A stretch of DNA of 47,300 nt from NCBI GenBank assembly GCA_045653745.1, contig JAZOMD010000021.1, positions 1 to 47,300 of the forward strand, given 5' to 3'. The position numbers and the translations under genes were made by a program. Under the pieces are notes generated by a model. That model was given only the letters and a program-made list of their open reading frames with translations. It did no database searches and was not told where the DNA came from. This document shows positions 36,878-46,639 of the stretch, one piece after another (position 1 is the stretch's first letter; each line of letters opens with the position of its first letter). The DNA is from Eubacteriales bacterium (GTDB lineage: Bacteria; Bacillota; Clostridia; Oscillospirales; CAG-272).

Positions 36878-36956
36878 ATACTTGTATTTGCTCGCGCGAG
36901 CACGAATTCTGTCAAAATGCGCGAGGTGTTTAAAAAAATTACTATGGAGAGGCAAT

Positions 36957-38072
36957 ATGAAGGATAGCTTATACGGCGAGCTTAGCGTTATAGGAATGCG
37001 CGGTTGCGAGGATTTCGCAAATCAGGTTGATTTTTATCTCAAGGAGTGGCGCCGCCACGACAACGACGGAACCTTCCTCGTTGATGCTTCCTGCCCCAGA
37101 TTCGGAAGCGGAGAAGCGAAGGGTACTATTCACCATTCTTTAAGAGGAAACGACGTATATATTATATCCGACGTTTTCAATCACGGCGTTACCTACAAGA
37201 TGTACGGTCAGACCGTTCCCATGAGTCCTGACGATCATTTTCAGGATCTTAAGAGAATAATCGGTGCTATCGGCGGAAAGGCGCGCCGCATCAGCGTTAT
37301 TATGCCTATGCTTTACGAGGGCAGACAGCACAAGAGATCGGGCAGAGAATCGCTCGACTGCGCACTTGCTCTTCAGGAGCTTGACTCAATAGGCGTTACC
37401 AACCTTATCACCTTTGATGCACACGACCCCAGAGTTCAGAACGCTATTCCCCTCAGCGGATTTGAGGACGTTCGCTCTGCTTATCAGATGATAAAGGCTA
37501 TGCTTAATACATATCCCGACCTCGAAATAGATCCCGATAAGACGATGATCATTTCTCCCGACGAGGGCGGAATGGGAAAGTGCATGTACTACTCCTCGGT
37601 TATGGGAATAGATCTCGGTATGTTCTATAAGCGCCGCGACTATTCTATTATCGTTAACGGTAAGAACCCCATAGTTGCTCACGAGTATCTCGGCAGAGAC
37701 GTTAAGGATAAGGACGTTATTATCGTAGATGATATGATCTCCTCGGGTGATTCGGTTATCGGCGTTGCACAGCAGCTTAAGGAAAAGGGTGCAAAGCGTA
37801 TATTCGTATTTGCTACCTTCGGTCTTTTCTGCAACGGTCTTGAAAATATCGACAAGGCGCACGCAGACGGTGTTATCGATAAGATCTTTACTACCAACCT
37901 TGTTTACAGAACTCCCGACCTTCTTGAAAGAAAGTGGTACGCAGAGGTTAATATGTGCAAGTACGTGGCGTATATAATCGACACCCTCAACCACGACAGA
38001 ACTATAAGCCACCTTCTCGATCAGTCTAAGAAGATACATAATATTCTTGATAAGCATAAGGCTGGCAAATAA
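36957..38072 (+). CDS. prs: Ribose-phosphate pyrophosphokinase (long form)
   Basis: IIVDDMISSGDS PRPP-binding loop, and RRISVIMPMLYEGRQHKR resembling the Prs regulatory flexible loop. ATG at 36957 follows GGAGAGG. The upstream track extension has no support. Confidence 0.85.
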   Translation: MKDSLYGELSVIGMRGCEDFANQVDFYLKEWRRHDNDGTFLVDASCPRFGSGEAKGTIHHSLRGNDVYIISDVFNHGVTYKMYGQTVPMSPDDHFQDLKRIIGAIGGKARRISVIMPMLYEGRQHKRSGRESLDCALALQELDSIGVTNLITFDAHDPRVQNAIPLSGFEDVRSAYQMIKAMLNTYPDLEIDPDKTMIISPDEGGMGKCMYYSSVMGIDLGMFYKRRDYSIIVNGKNPIVAHEYLGRDVKDKDVIIVDDMISSGDSVIGVAQQLKEKGAKRIFVFATFGLFCNGLENIDKAHADGVIDKIFTTNLVYRTPDLLERKWYAEVNMCKYVAYIIDTLNHDRTISHLLDQSKKIHNILDKHKAGK

Positions 38073-38105
38073 TCCAAAACGAAATAAAATTGATTTTTCG
38101 AAAGT

Positions 38106-38140
38106 GGAGTGTTGCCGATGCAGCACTCCGTCTTTCTATC
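38106..38140 (+). terminator. Intrinsic terminator after prs
   Basis: GGAGTGTTGC (38106-38115) pairs with GCAGCACTCC (38120-38129), followed by GTCTTTCTATCTTTC. Confidence 0.6.
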
Positions 38141-38159
38141 TTTCTTTGGAGGATATTCT

Positions 38160-38576
38160 ATGAGAATAACCCTTGAGTCGGACTACGCTCTCCGAATCCT
38201 GACCACAATGGCGGAGCACGATGGCGTTACCGATGCAAAAACCATATCGGCCGAAACCTCGGTAACCCTTCGCTTTACCCTGAAGATACTCCACAAGCTC
38301 GTCGGGGGAGGCCTCGTAAGCTCCTATAAGGGAGTGAACGGTGGATATAAGCTGAAGCTTTCACCGAAGGAAATCACACTTAAATCGGTAATAGAGCTTA
38401 TCGACGGGCCGATAGCGATAGCCAGATGTCTTGAGAGTGAGGAATCCTGCTCGCTCAACTGTGATAAAACGGCATGCGTTTATCACCATATATTTGACAC
38501 TATAAGCATTGACCTTGCTAAAAAGTTAAATAAAATCACAATTGACGACGTGATAAAGCGTGCGTATTCACTTTAA
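38160..38576 (+). CDS. Rrf2-family transcriptional regulator (Cys-rich, likely Fe-S)
   Basis: MRITLESDYALRIL wHTH N-terminus, SYKGVNGGYKL, and the cysteine cluster CLESEESCSLNCDKTAC. GGAGG RBS before the ATG at 38160. Confidence 0.85.
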   Translation: MRITLESDYALRILTTMAEHDGVTDAKTISAETSVTLRFTLKILHKLVGGGLVSSYKGVNGGYKLKLSPKEITLKSVIELIDGPIAIARCLESEESCSLNCDKTACVYHHIFDTISIDLAKKLNKITIDDVIKRAYSL

Positions 38577-38588
38577 GGAGGTGTTTTT

Positions 38589-39476
38589 ATGCTCAGAATA
38601 TCAACCGTTTCGTTCCCCGGTTTAGGTATCGGAGAATTTAAGCTTAACAGTGTCGCATTCACAATTTTCGGTGTTGAAATCGCCTGGTACGCCATTCTCA
38701 TAACGCTAGGTATGATAGCCGCGGTTATCTATACCGTGTATATGGCGAACAAAATAGGCATTACCGCCGAGGACGTTATTGATTACGCTATATGGGTAAT
38801 TCCGCTTGGAATTATCGGCGCTCGCCTTTATTACGTGCTTTGTGAGCTCGATAACTATCATTCGTTTATTGATGTAATAAATATCCGCAACGGTGGTCTT
38901 GCAATATATGGGGGCATCATTGCGGGCGGCCTTGCCGTTCTTCTTGTTTCCTGGCGCAAAAAGATTAACTTCCTTGCGTTTGCCGATTGCGTGTGTCCCG
39001 GCGTTATTTTGGCGCAGGGCGTTGGAAGATGGGGTAACTTTATGAACGGTGAAGCGTTCGGTGCCGCTACGGATATATTCTGCCGTATGGGACTTCGCAA
39101 CGCTGAGGTCTTTGATAAGTTCGGTACCTCCGAGCTCGTCTGTGTTCACCCGACCTTCCTCTATGAATCGCTTTGGAATTTCCTTGGATTCATTCTCGTG
39201 AATCTTTACGTTAAGTTCGTAGGCAAGAAGTACGACGGACAGGTATTCGTAATGGTGTTCGGCTGGTATGGTCTTGGCAGAGCATTCATAGAAGGCCTTC
39301 GTATGGATAGCCTTTACACCAACCTCTTCGGCTTGGAGTTCAGAACCTCGCAGGTGCTTGCCGCCGCTATATTCATCGTGGCAGCAGCCGTGCTCACATA
39401 CTTCGCAATCAAAAAGCCGATGAAGCCTCTCTACCACAAGAAGGCAGACAAAAAATCTAAAAAAGGAAACAAATAA
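38589..39476 (+). CDS. lgt: Prolipoprotein diacylglyceryl transferase
   Basis: [13 protein letters not shown] signature, [11 protein letters not shown], and a polytopic membrane profile. Confidence 0.9.
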   Translation: MLRISTVSFPGLGIGEFKLNSVAFTIFGVEIAWYAILITLGMIAAVIYTVYMANKIGITAEDVIDYAIWVIPLGIIGARLYYVLCELDNYHSFIDVINIRNGGLAIYGGIIAGGLAVLLVSWRKKINFLAFADCVCPGVILAQGVGRWGNFMNGEAFGAATDIFCRMGLRNAEVFDKFGTSELVCVHPTFLYESLWNFLGFILVNLYVKFVGKKYDGQVFVMVFGWYGLGRAFIEGLRMDSLYTNLFGLEFRTSQVLAAAIFIVAAAVLTYFAIKKPMKPLYHKKADKKSKKGNK

Positions 39477-39477
39477 T

Positions 39478-40329
39478 ATGGCAGAAATTATAGACGGCAA
39501 GCTCGTATCCGCAAAAGTACGCGAGCAAATAAAGATTGATGTAGCAGAGTTTACAAAAGAAAAAGGCTATGCACCCGGTCTTGCGGTAATACTCGTAGGT
39601 AATAATCCTGCCTCTGCGGTTTACGTAAGAAATAAGCACAAGGCCTGCCTTGATACCGGAATTACCTCGTATCAGATAGAGCTTCCCGAGGATACGTCCG
39701 AGGAAGAACTCCTTTCAAAAATAGACGAGCTTAACAGAGATTCCAAGGTTCACGGTATACTCGTTCAGCTCCCACTCCCCAAGCACATATCCGAGGAGAA
39801 GGTTATAGGACGTATATCTCCCGATAAGGACGTCGACGCATTTCACCCTGCAAACGTCGGAAAGATTATGATAGGCAACTACACCTTCCTTCCGTGTACT
39901 CCTGCCGGCGTTATGGAGCTTCTTTCAAGCTATGGCGTTGACGTTTGCGGCAAAAACTGCGTGGTGGTAGGAAGAAGTAACATAGTAGGAAAACCTATGG
40001 CACTCTTGCTTCTCGAAAAGCACGGAACCGTAACCGTCTGCCACTCGAGAACTAAAAATCTTAAGGAAGTAACGCGCGAGGCTGATATTCTCGTCGTTGC
40101 TATCGGTAAGCCCGAATTTCTTACCGCAGATATGATAAAGCCCGGTGCCGTGGTTATCGACGTCGGAATTAACCGCACCGAGAGCGGCAAGCTAGTCGGA
40201 GACGTTGCCTTTGCCGAGGCGAGTGAGGTTGCTTCTGCTATAACTCCCGTTCCCGGTGGTGTTGGCCCTATGACTATCACTATGCTTCTTAAGAACACTC
40301 TTTCTGCGGCAAAACAGATAAAAATGTAA
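39478..40329 (+). CDS. folD: Bifunctional methylene-THF dehydrogenase / methenyl-THF cyclohydrolase
   Basis: [37 protein letters not shown] and [10 protein letters not shown] motifs. Confidence 0.93.
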   Translation: MAEIIDGKLVSAKVREQIKIDVAEFTKEKGYAPGLAVILVGNNPASAVYVRNKHKACLDTGITSYQIELPEDTSEEELLSKIDELNRDSKVHGILVQLPLPKHISEEKVIGRISPDKDVDAFHPANVGKIMIGNYTFLPCTPAGVMELLSSYGVDVCGKNCVVVGRSNIVGKPMALLLLEKHGTVTVCHSRTKNLKEVTREADILVVAIGKPEFLTADMIKPGAVVIDVGINRTESGKLVGDVAFAEASEVASAITPVPGGVGPMTITMLLKNTLSAAKQIKM

Positions 40330-40356
40330 AAAAATTCAAGTTTTTTGAAAAAACTA

Positions 40357-40385
40357 TTGACAAAGCGCTAAAAATACTATATAAT
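40357..40385 (+). promoter_or_regulatory. Sigma-A-type promoter for rpsU
   Basis: TTGACA (40357-40362), a 17-nt spacer, then TATAAT (40380-40385). Confidence 0.7.
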
Positions 40386-40444
40386 AATCTAGTAAAAAAT
40401 ATGAGATTTTATCTCTTTGCACAGCGAAGGGAGGGGAAATAAAG

Positions 40445-40621
40445 ATGGCAGAAATCAGAGTAAAAGAGAATGAGACTCTCGACAACGCACTTCGTCGTTT
40501 CAAGAGACAGTGTGTTAAGTCCGGCATTTTGACCGAGCTTCGCAAGAGAGAGTGCTACGAGAAGCCCAGCGTAAAGCGCAAGAAGAAGGCTGAGGCTGCA
40601 AGAAAGCGCAAGTTTAAGTAA
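40445..40621 (+). CDS. rpsU: 30S ribosomal protein S21 (58 aa; below the ORF-track length cutoff)
   Basis: My manual translation is [69 protein letters not shown] upstream. Confidence 0.92.
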   Translation: MAEIRVKENETLDNALRRFKRQCVKSGILTELRKRECYEKPSVKRKKKAEAARKRKFK

Positions 40622-40641
40622 TAATTACTTTTAGAGAGAAA

Positions 40642-40669
40642 AGCGGATGCGAATGCGTCTGCTTTTTTT
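40642..40669 (+). terminator. Intrinsic terminator after rpsU
   Basis: The hairpin GCGGATGC-GAAT-GCGTCTGC (with G-U pairs) is followed by TTTTTTT. Confidence 0.7.
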
Positions 40670-40739
40670 CTTTTATTTCCATTTTTACTTACAATTCTTT
40701 CGGGCAAAATAAATATAAACACCCCCGAAAGGATTTTTT

Positions 40740-41522
40740 ATGAAAAGCTTTGTTTTTAAAATTATTGCGCTGATTCTGCCTTTTGCAGTTCTTAGTTCGA
40801 GCGCGGTATCCGTCTCGGCAAGCGAATCACGCACCTGGTATATAAAAAGAAACGGTCAGCTCCGTCCGTCCTTTCCGAGCGACTGCGACGAGGTCAGAAG
40901 CCACAACGGATATTTCATAGACGAAAGTGTGGGCGACGATAGCGACAGACGCGTTTTGTATATCACCTTCGATGCAGGATATGAAAACGGAAATATTGAA
41001 AAAATTCTCGATACACTAAGAGATGAGTCCGTGCCGGCGGCTTTTTTCCTGCTCGACAACATTATATTAAAAAATACCGATTTGGTGAAACGAATGGTTA
41101 ACGAAGGCCATCTTGTGTGTAACCACACTAAAAAACACAAGGATCTATCCTCTGCAAGCGAGGAGGAAATAGCCAAGGACCTGTCTGCACTCGAGGAATT
41201 ATATTCCGAATGTACAGGATATGAAATGGCTAAATACTGCAGATTCCCCGAAGGAAAATACAGTATTCATGCTATTAAGACGGTAGAGAAGCTCGGTTAT
41301 AAGACGGTGTTCTGGAGCTTCGGATACGACGATTGGGATAATTCAAGACAGCCGAGCAAGGAGCGTGCTATCAAAAAAATTCTCGATAATACTCATAACG
41401 GCGCAGTAATACTCCTGCACCCAACCTCGAAAACGAATGCAGAAATACTCTCCGAATTGATTTCTGCGTGGAGAAGTATGGGTTATACCTTCGGAACGCT
41501 CGACGAGCTTTGCGCAAGATAA
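40740..41522 (+). CDS. pdaA: Polysaccharide deacetylase, PdaA-like delta-lactam-biosynthetic de-N-acetylase (secreted)
   Basis: Signal peptide. ITFDAGYENGN...VPAAFFL...RMVNEGHLVCNHTKKH is colinear with B. subtilis PdaA as I recall it. Confidence 0.75.
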   Translation: MKSFVFKIIALILPFAVLSSSAVSVSASESRTWYIKRNGQLRPSFPSDCDEVRSHNGYFIDESVGDDSDRRVLYITFDAGYENGNIEKILDTLRDESVPAAFFLLDNIILKNTDLVKRMVNEGHLVCNHTKKHKDLSSASEEEIAKDLSALEELYSECTGYEMAKYCRFPEGKYSIHAIKTVEKLGYKTVFWSFGYDDWDNSRQPSKERAIKKILDNTHNGAVILLHPTSKTNAEILSELISAWRSMGYTFGTLDELCAR

Positions 41523-41572
41523 AGAAGAAAAAAGCTCCGTGTAAGTTGAAACGTAGACTAAGCAACAGAAAA

Positions 41573-41606
41573 AGTGGGCTACGCTAAACGTAAGCCCACT
41601 TTTTTT
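41573..41606. terminator. Bidirectional terminator (pdaA / DUF624 gene)
   Basis: AGTGGGCT (41573-41580) pairs with AGCCCACT (41593-41600), flanked by an A-run and a T-run. Confidence 0.75.
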
Positions 41607-41607
41607 A

Positions 41608-42663
41608 TCAGCCGATGCTGTTTCTTTTTTTAATTTCAGCAAGACGCTCCTTTTCGGTAACGTCATCGCGCATTATAACCTCGTCGTCCTCGTCTTCTTT
41701 GGGAGCGAAAAGCTCGGGATGCTCTGCCTTATAGGGGTCTATCATTATTTCCTTAATCTTGAAATACGCAGCGTACACCTTTGCGTATGCAAGAGTCGAG
41801 AACATAATAGCAAGAGGCATTGCAATTGCTAAAGGCATAAGAAGCGCTCCGAGACCGAATATAAAGCAAAGCTCGAGAATGAGAAGAAGCACTGTAAACA
41901 GAAGTGCCATAACGTTGCGCTTCATACCCACGAGAGCGAAAATGAGCGAGTTCTTCAGTATTTTGAATACCGAGAGCTTGAAGGTAAGCATCTGCACGTA
42001 TATGTAGCAGCGCATAAAGAAATAGAGAATAACCAGAACGATATTTCCCCAGAACATCATATCGGTGAGGAAGGTGCCGCCCGAGCTTATGGTAGTGTAG
42101 ATGTTAAATACGAGGATAACGTTTATCAAGCCGTCTATAATACCAAAAGGAAGCGCCTGACGCCAATTGCGCTTGACGGCATACCAGAAATCAGTCCAGA
42201 CGAACACAGGCTCGCCCATAGCGATATTTCTAAGTATATACGCAGTACCGACGTTCACAAGTCCGAACGTAAACAGTGTCAGAGCACCGAGAGCGTAGAA
42301 AATATAGGTCCATACCGTCGGAAAGAGAACTGCGTTCTGGAGTCCTTCAAGCGCGTAAAGTGACATCGAGAAGGGCGATGGGTCGGTCACCGAAAACATA
42401 CCGCCAAGGTTCTGGAAAAGGTCGTTTGCAGGTACGAGGGCATCGGCCTTAGTATATCCCGAAAGAACTACAATCAAGAATATAAGCGGAAAGTTTCCGA
42501 GCACCATCAGCATATTAACCGAAATGAGCTTTCCAAAGCTGTTTTTATATGTAACGAAGAAGCGCTTCAGTCCCGACTCGTTAAGCGGCTCTCTTTTGCT
42601 TATACCCGCACCGTCGCGCGTGAGGTCGAATAAGCGCCTTTTCTTTTTATTGTTTTGCTCCAT
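41608..42663 (-). CDS. YesL/DUF624-like integral membrane protein
   Basis: Basic N-terminus followed by FGKLISVNMLMVLGNFPLIFLIV-type segments. About 6 TM helices. The TTG at 42681 lies inside the GGAGG RBS, so I chose the ATG at 42663. Confidence 0.55.
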   Translation of the reverse strand: MEQNNKKKRRLFDLTRDGAGISKREPLNESGLKRFFVTYKNSFGKLISVNMLMVLGNFPLIFLIVVLSGYTKADALVPANDLFQNLGGMFSVTDPSPFSMSLYALEGLQNAVLFPTVWTYIFYALGALTLFTFGLVNVGTAYILRNIAMGEPVFVWTDFWYAVKRNWRQALPFGIIDGLINVILVFNIYTTISSGGTFLTDMMFWGNIVLVILYFFMRCYIYVQMLTFKLSVFKILKNSLIFALVGMKRNVMALLFTVLLLILELCFIFGLGALLMPLAIAMPLAIMFSTLAYAKVYAAYFKIKEIMIDPYKAEHPELFAPKEDEDDEVIMRDDVTEKERLAEIKKRNSIG

Positions 42664-42760
42664 TGAAATAATTACCTCCAATACTTAAAATATATGATAG
42701 CATATTTCGACGGTAAATACAAGGAATTTTCTTAAAATTCAGTAAAAATTTAAAATTATA

Positions 42761-42789
42761 TTGATGTGCGCCTGTTTATTTGATATAAT
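42761..42789 (+). promoter_or_regulatory. Sigma-A-type promoter for the GNAT gene
   Basis: TTGATG (42761-42766), a 17-nt spacer, then TGaTATAAT (TATAAT at 42784-42789). Confidence 0.55.
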
Positions 42790-42822
42790 TTATTCGAAAT
42801 ATGGAAAGCGGAGGAAAATCGG

Positions 42823-43398
42823 TTGGATAAGAACGTTTTAAAGCGCTTTAAGAACATTCCCATCTTGAAAACCGAAAGGCTTGTTTTACGCAAGATGGAG
42901 CGATCCGACCTTGAGGACGTTTTTGCCTATGCAAGCGACCCGAAGGTGCCCGAATTTTTGTTGTGGAGCGTCCACCCCAACAAGGGATACACAAAGGCGT
43001 ACCTTGCTCTTTTGCAAAAGCGATACGCGCAGGGTGAATTTTACGACTGGGGAATTGATTTTAACGGACATATAGTAGGGACGGTAGGCTTCACGTCCTT
43101 TAGCGTTGAGCACGGTATAGGCGAGGTAGGCTACGTCCTTTCGAGCAGTGTGTGGGGAAAGGGTATCGCAAGCGAGGCCCTTGCAAGAATTATGGAATAC
43201 GGCTTTTGCGAGCTCGGTCTCAATCGCATAGAGGCTCGCTTTATGGTTGAAAACGTGAAAAGCGAGAACGTTCTAAAAAGAGCAGGCTTTACGCCCGAAG
43301 GCGTAATACGCGACGGCGTTTATGCAAAAGGAAAATACAGAGACGTAGCGCTCTACTCGATTTTGCGCTCGGAATTTTTTAAAAGCTCGGTAAAATAA
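42823..43398 (+). CDS. GNAT-family N-acetyltransferase (RimJ/RimL-like)
   Basis: TERLVLRKMERSDLEDVF N-terminus typical of Acetyltransf_3, and a WGKGIASEA acetyl-CoA loop. TTG start 8 nt after GGAGG. Confidence 0.8.
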   Translation: MDKNVLKRFKNIPILKTERLVLRKMERSDLEDVFAYASDPKVPEFLLWSVHPNKGYTKAYLALLQKRYAQGEFYDWGIDFNGHIVGTVGFTSFSVEHGIGEVGYVLSSSVWGKGIASEALARIMEYGFCELGLNRIEARFMVENVKSENVLKRAGFTPEGVIRDGVYAKGKYRDVALYSILRSEFFKSSVK

Positions 43399-43455
43399 TC
43401 ATACTTCACTCGCTCCTTTAATATAGTTTTAGTGACTAAATTAAAGGAGTATTTT

Positions 43456-44622
43456 ATGAAAAAAACAGCGATAACGTTAATTCTTATACTTAGTCTTTGT
43501 CTTGGTATGGCAACGACCGTGCTCGCAAAGGGCGAAAGTGAAGTCGAAGACACAGCGGCTTTTGCTCTCAGCGCAAAAAGTGCCTGCCTTATGGACGCTA
43601 AAACGGGGGAAGTTCTTTATTCGCACGCAGAGCACGAAAAGGCGTCTCCTGCATCGGTTACCAAAATAATGACTCTGCTCCTCGTCTGCGAGGCACTCGA
43701 GCACGGCAGCTTCACGCTTGAGGATACCGTATCTATAAGCGAGTACGCAGCCTCCATGGGCGGCAGCCAGGTGTTTCTTGAGGAAGGCGAGCGCTTTTCG
43801 GTTGAGGAGCTTATAAAGTGCACGGTTATTGCCAGTGCAAACGATGCCGCAGTAGCTCTCGCAGAGCTCGTCGCCGGTACCGAAGGTGCCTTCGTAAATA
43901 AAATGAACGAGCGCGCAGGCGAGCTTGGACTTACCGACACGGCGTTTGAAAACGTAACGGGGCTTGACGACACGACCGAAAAGCATTACAGCTCCGCTAT
44001 GGATATCGCTCTGATGTCCCGAGAGCTTATAAAGCACGACGTCATAACCAAATACAGCTCCGTCTGGCAGGATACCATAAGAAACGGAGAATTTACACTT
44101 ACCAATACTAATAGACTTGTCAGATACTACGATGGTTGTAACGGCTTGAAAACGGGCTCGACCGATAAGGCAGGCTATTGCGTCAGCGCTACGGCAAAGC
44201 GCGGCGAAATGCAGCTTATCGCCGTAATAATGGGCGCTCCGAGCAGAGATGCAAGAAACCAGGATGCACGAACGCTCCTTGACTACGGCTTTGCAAGCTA
44301 CGCGCTGTTTTGTGAGGACGTGGGCTTTCTTGAGAACGTACCGGTGCTTTCGGGAAGACGAGATTTCGTTGCCGCACAAACATCCGAATTCTCTAAAATT
44401 GTAGAAAGAGCAAAGCTCTCCTCGGTTGAGCGTATTTACGAAATTCCGGAGAAGCTCACAGCCCCTGTTAAAAAGGGAGATAAGATAGGACGGATAATTT
44501 ATAAGCTCGACGGAGAGGAAATAGGAAGCTCGGACATACTGGCGTCCGAATCTGTTGAAAAAATAGGTCTCTTTGAAATATTCTGCCGTATAATGGAACG
44601 AATTCTTTGCTTTTACGACTAA
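43456..44622 (+). CDS. D-alanyl-D-alanine carboxypeptidase (S11, PBP5/DacB/DacF-like)
   Basis: Signal peptide. SPASVTKIM (SxxK), SAND (SxN) and KTGST (KTG) motifs, plus the C-terminal PBP5_C domain. Confidence 0.88.
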   Translation: MKKTAITLILILSLCLGMATTVLAKGESEVEDTAAFALSAKSACLMDAKTGEVLYSHAEHEKASPASVTKIMTLLLVCEALEHGSFTLEDTVSISEYAASMGGSQVFLEEGERFSVEELIKCTVIASANDAAVALAELVAGTEGAFVNKMNERAGELGLTDTAFENVTGLDDTTEKHYSSAMDIALMSRELIKHDVITKYSSVWQDTIRNGEFTLTNTNRLVRYYDGCNGLKTGSTDKAGYCVSATAKRGEMQLIAVIMGAPSRDARNQDARTLLDYGFASYALFCEDVGFLENVPVLSGRRDFVAAQTSEFSKIVERAKLSSVERIYEIPEKLTAPVKKGDKIGRIIYKLDGEEIGSSDILASESVEKIGLFEIFCRIMERILCFYD

Positions 44623-44639
44623 AATTGTTGTTTTTCTAC

Positions 44640-44668
44640 TTGAAAACTTTTGAGATATATTGTATAAT
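44640..44668 (+). promoter_or_regulatory. Sigma-A-type promoter for pgi
   Basis: TTGAAA (44640-44645), a 17-nt spacer, then TATAAT (44663-44668). Confidence 0.6.
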
Positions 44669-44701
44669 ATTTGTGTAGTAAAAAGGAAGGGGAATAAAAA
44701 A

Positions 44702-46045
44702 ATGATTCTCAATTTAAACGATAAATTTCTCGAAGGCTTCGTGGGCAAGCACGAGGTTGAATATATGAAGCCGCAGGCGGCTCTTGCACATTCGCTCCTC
44801 GCAAGCGGAAAGGGGCAGGGAAATGATTTTCACGGCTGGGCAACACTCCCTGTTGTCAATGACAGAGAGGAGCTTTCCCGTATAAAGGCGGCTGCAGCGA
44901 GAATAAAAAAGAACTCCGACATTCTCGTAGTAATCGGAATAGGCGGCTCTTATCTCGGAGCACGCGCTGCAATAGAATTCGTTAAGAGCCCTCTTTATAA
45001 CAATCTCAAAAAGGATACTCCCGACGTTTATTTCGCAGGTAACAATATTTCTCCCACCGCCCTTAACGAGCTTCTTTCCATCTGCGAGGGCAGAGATATT
45101 TCTGTAAACGTTATTTCTAAATCCGGAACTACCACCGAGCCTGCAATCGCTTTCAGAGTTTTCAAGAAGCTTCTTATTGATAAATACGGCGAGGACGGTG
45201 CAAGAGAGAGAATTTTCGTTACCACCGACAAGGCAAGAGGTACGCTCAAAAAATTCTCCGATGAAGCAGGCTACGAGACCTTCGTAGTACCCGATAACGT
45301 AGGCGGAAGATATTCCGTGCTTACCGCAGTCGGCCTTCTTCCCATCGCCACCGTAGGCATCGACGTAGACGCACTCCTCGAGGGCGCTCTTATTGCAAAG
45401 AACGATTTCGCAACCGATGACCTTGACAAGAATACCGCGCTTAAATATGCAGTGCTGCGTACCATTCTTCTTCGCAAGGGCAAAAATACCGAAATCCTCG
45501 TAGGATACGAGCCCTATATGCTTATGTTCAACGAGTGGTGGAAGCAGCTTTATGGCGAGAGCGACGGCAAGGACGGAAAGGGAATTTTCCCGAACTCGGT
45601 TATCTTCTCTACCGATCTTCACTCGCTCGGTCAGTACATACAAGAAGGACAGAGAAATCTTTTCGAGACTGTTATCAGCGTAAAGGATCCCGGCGCAAGC
45701 TTTGAGATTCCGCACGACCCCCAGAACGTGGACGGACTTAACTTTATTTCGGGCGCACAGCTTGATTACGTTAACAAGACCGCTATGCTCGCAACCCTTA
45801 TCGCGCACAACGACGGCGGCGTGCCCAACATTCTTATCGAGCTTGCAGACAGAAGCGAAAAGACACTCGGTTATCTCGTTTATTTCTTCGAGTTCGCCTG
45901 CGCTATGTCGGGTTATCTTCTCGGCGTAAATCCCTTTGACCAGCCCGGCGTTGAGGCTTATAAGAAAAATATGTTCGCGCTTCTCGGTAAGCCCGGATAT
46001 GAAGATATGAAAGTTGCATTAGAAAAAAGGATTTCGGATAAATAA
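44702..46045 (+). CDS. pgi: Glucose-6-phosphate isomerase (Firmicute ~450-aa type)
   Basis: [23 protein letters not shown] and [14 protein letters not shown] motifs. ATG at 44702 follows GGAAGGGG. Confidence 0.92.
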   Translation: MILNLNDKFLEGFVGKHEVEYMKPQAALAHSLLASGKGQGNDFHGWATLPVVNDREELSRIKAAAARIKKNSDILVVIGIGGSYLGARAAIEFVKSPLYNNLKKDTPDVYFAGNNISPTALNELLSICEGRDISVNVISKSGTTTEPAIAFRVFKKLLIDKYGEDGARERIFVTTDKARGTLKKFSDEAGYETFVVPDNVGGRYSVLTAVGLLPIATVGIDVDALLEGALIAKNDFATDDLDKNTALKYAVLRTILLRKGKNTEILVGYEPYMLMFNEWWKQLYGESDGKDGKGIFPNSVIFSTDLHSLGQYIQEGQRNLFETVISVKDPGASFEIPHDPQNVDGLNFISGAQLDYVNKTAMLATLIAHNDGGVPNILIELADRSEKTLGYLVYFFEFACAMSGYLLGVNPFDQPGVEAYKKNMFALLGKPGYEDMKVALEKRISDK

Positions 46046-46111
46046 TTTTTCCTTTTTCTTGTATAAATGTAACAAATCGCTTCGAAAATGAATATTTTTG
46101 CACAAAAGCTA

Positions 46112-46140
46112 TTGCATTTTTATCTCATTTAGTGTAAAAT
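46112..46140 (+). promoter_or_regulatory. Possible sigma-A promoter for the small P-loop gene
   Basis: TTGCAT (46112-46117), a 17-nt spacer, then TAAAAT (46135-46140), preceded by TG. Confidence 0.45.
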
Positions 46141-46183
46141 ATATACAGAGAGATTTAATATCTCAAAACAGGAGGAATTCAAA

Positions 46184-46585
46184 ATGATTAAACTTTTTAT
46201 TGGCGGCAAAGGCTCCGGAAAAACCAAAACTCTTATCGAGCTTGTCAACAATGCAGTAAGCGCTTCCAAGGGAAACGTTGTGTGTATTGAAAAGGGCGAT
46301 AAGCTCATTCACGATATTACATATAAGGCAAGACTTATAGATACGGATTATTATTCGGTTACCGACGCTGAGGCTCTTTACGGATTTATCGCAGGTATCC
46401 TTGCATCGAACTCGGATATTACCGATATCTTCGTTGACTCCGCACTTAAGATTTGCGCAAACGATGTTCCGGCTTTCGAGGCTATCCTTCCCAAGCTTGA
46501 GAAGATTACCAATGACGTTAACCTCGTTATGACGGCTTCTATCGCAGTTGAGGAATGCCCCGACACAATAAAGGCGTACGCATAA
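46184..46585 (+). CDS. Small (133 aa) stand-alone P-loop NTPase-like protein, function unknown
   Basis: Walker A GGKGSGKT at residues 7-14 and a Walker-B-like DIFVDS. AGGAGG RBS. Own promoter and terminator. Confidence 0.6.
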   Translation: MIKLFIGGKGSGKTKTLIELVNNAVSASKGNVVCIEKGDKLIHDITYKARLIDTDYYSVTDAEALYGFIAGILASNSDITDIFVDSALKICANDVPAFEAILPKLEKITNDVNLVMTASIAVEECPDTIKAYA

Positions 46586-46604
46586 TCAACATTTAAAAGA
46601 CCAA

Positions 46605-46631
46605 ATCCCCCGAAAATTCGGGGGATTTTTT
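46605..46631 (+). terminator. Intrinsic terminator after the P-loop gene
   Basis: ATCCCCCG (46605-46612) pairs with CGGGGGAT (46619-46626), followed by TTTTT. Confidence 0.8.
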
Positions 46632-46639
46632 GTTGTATA

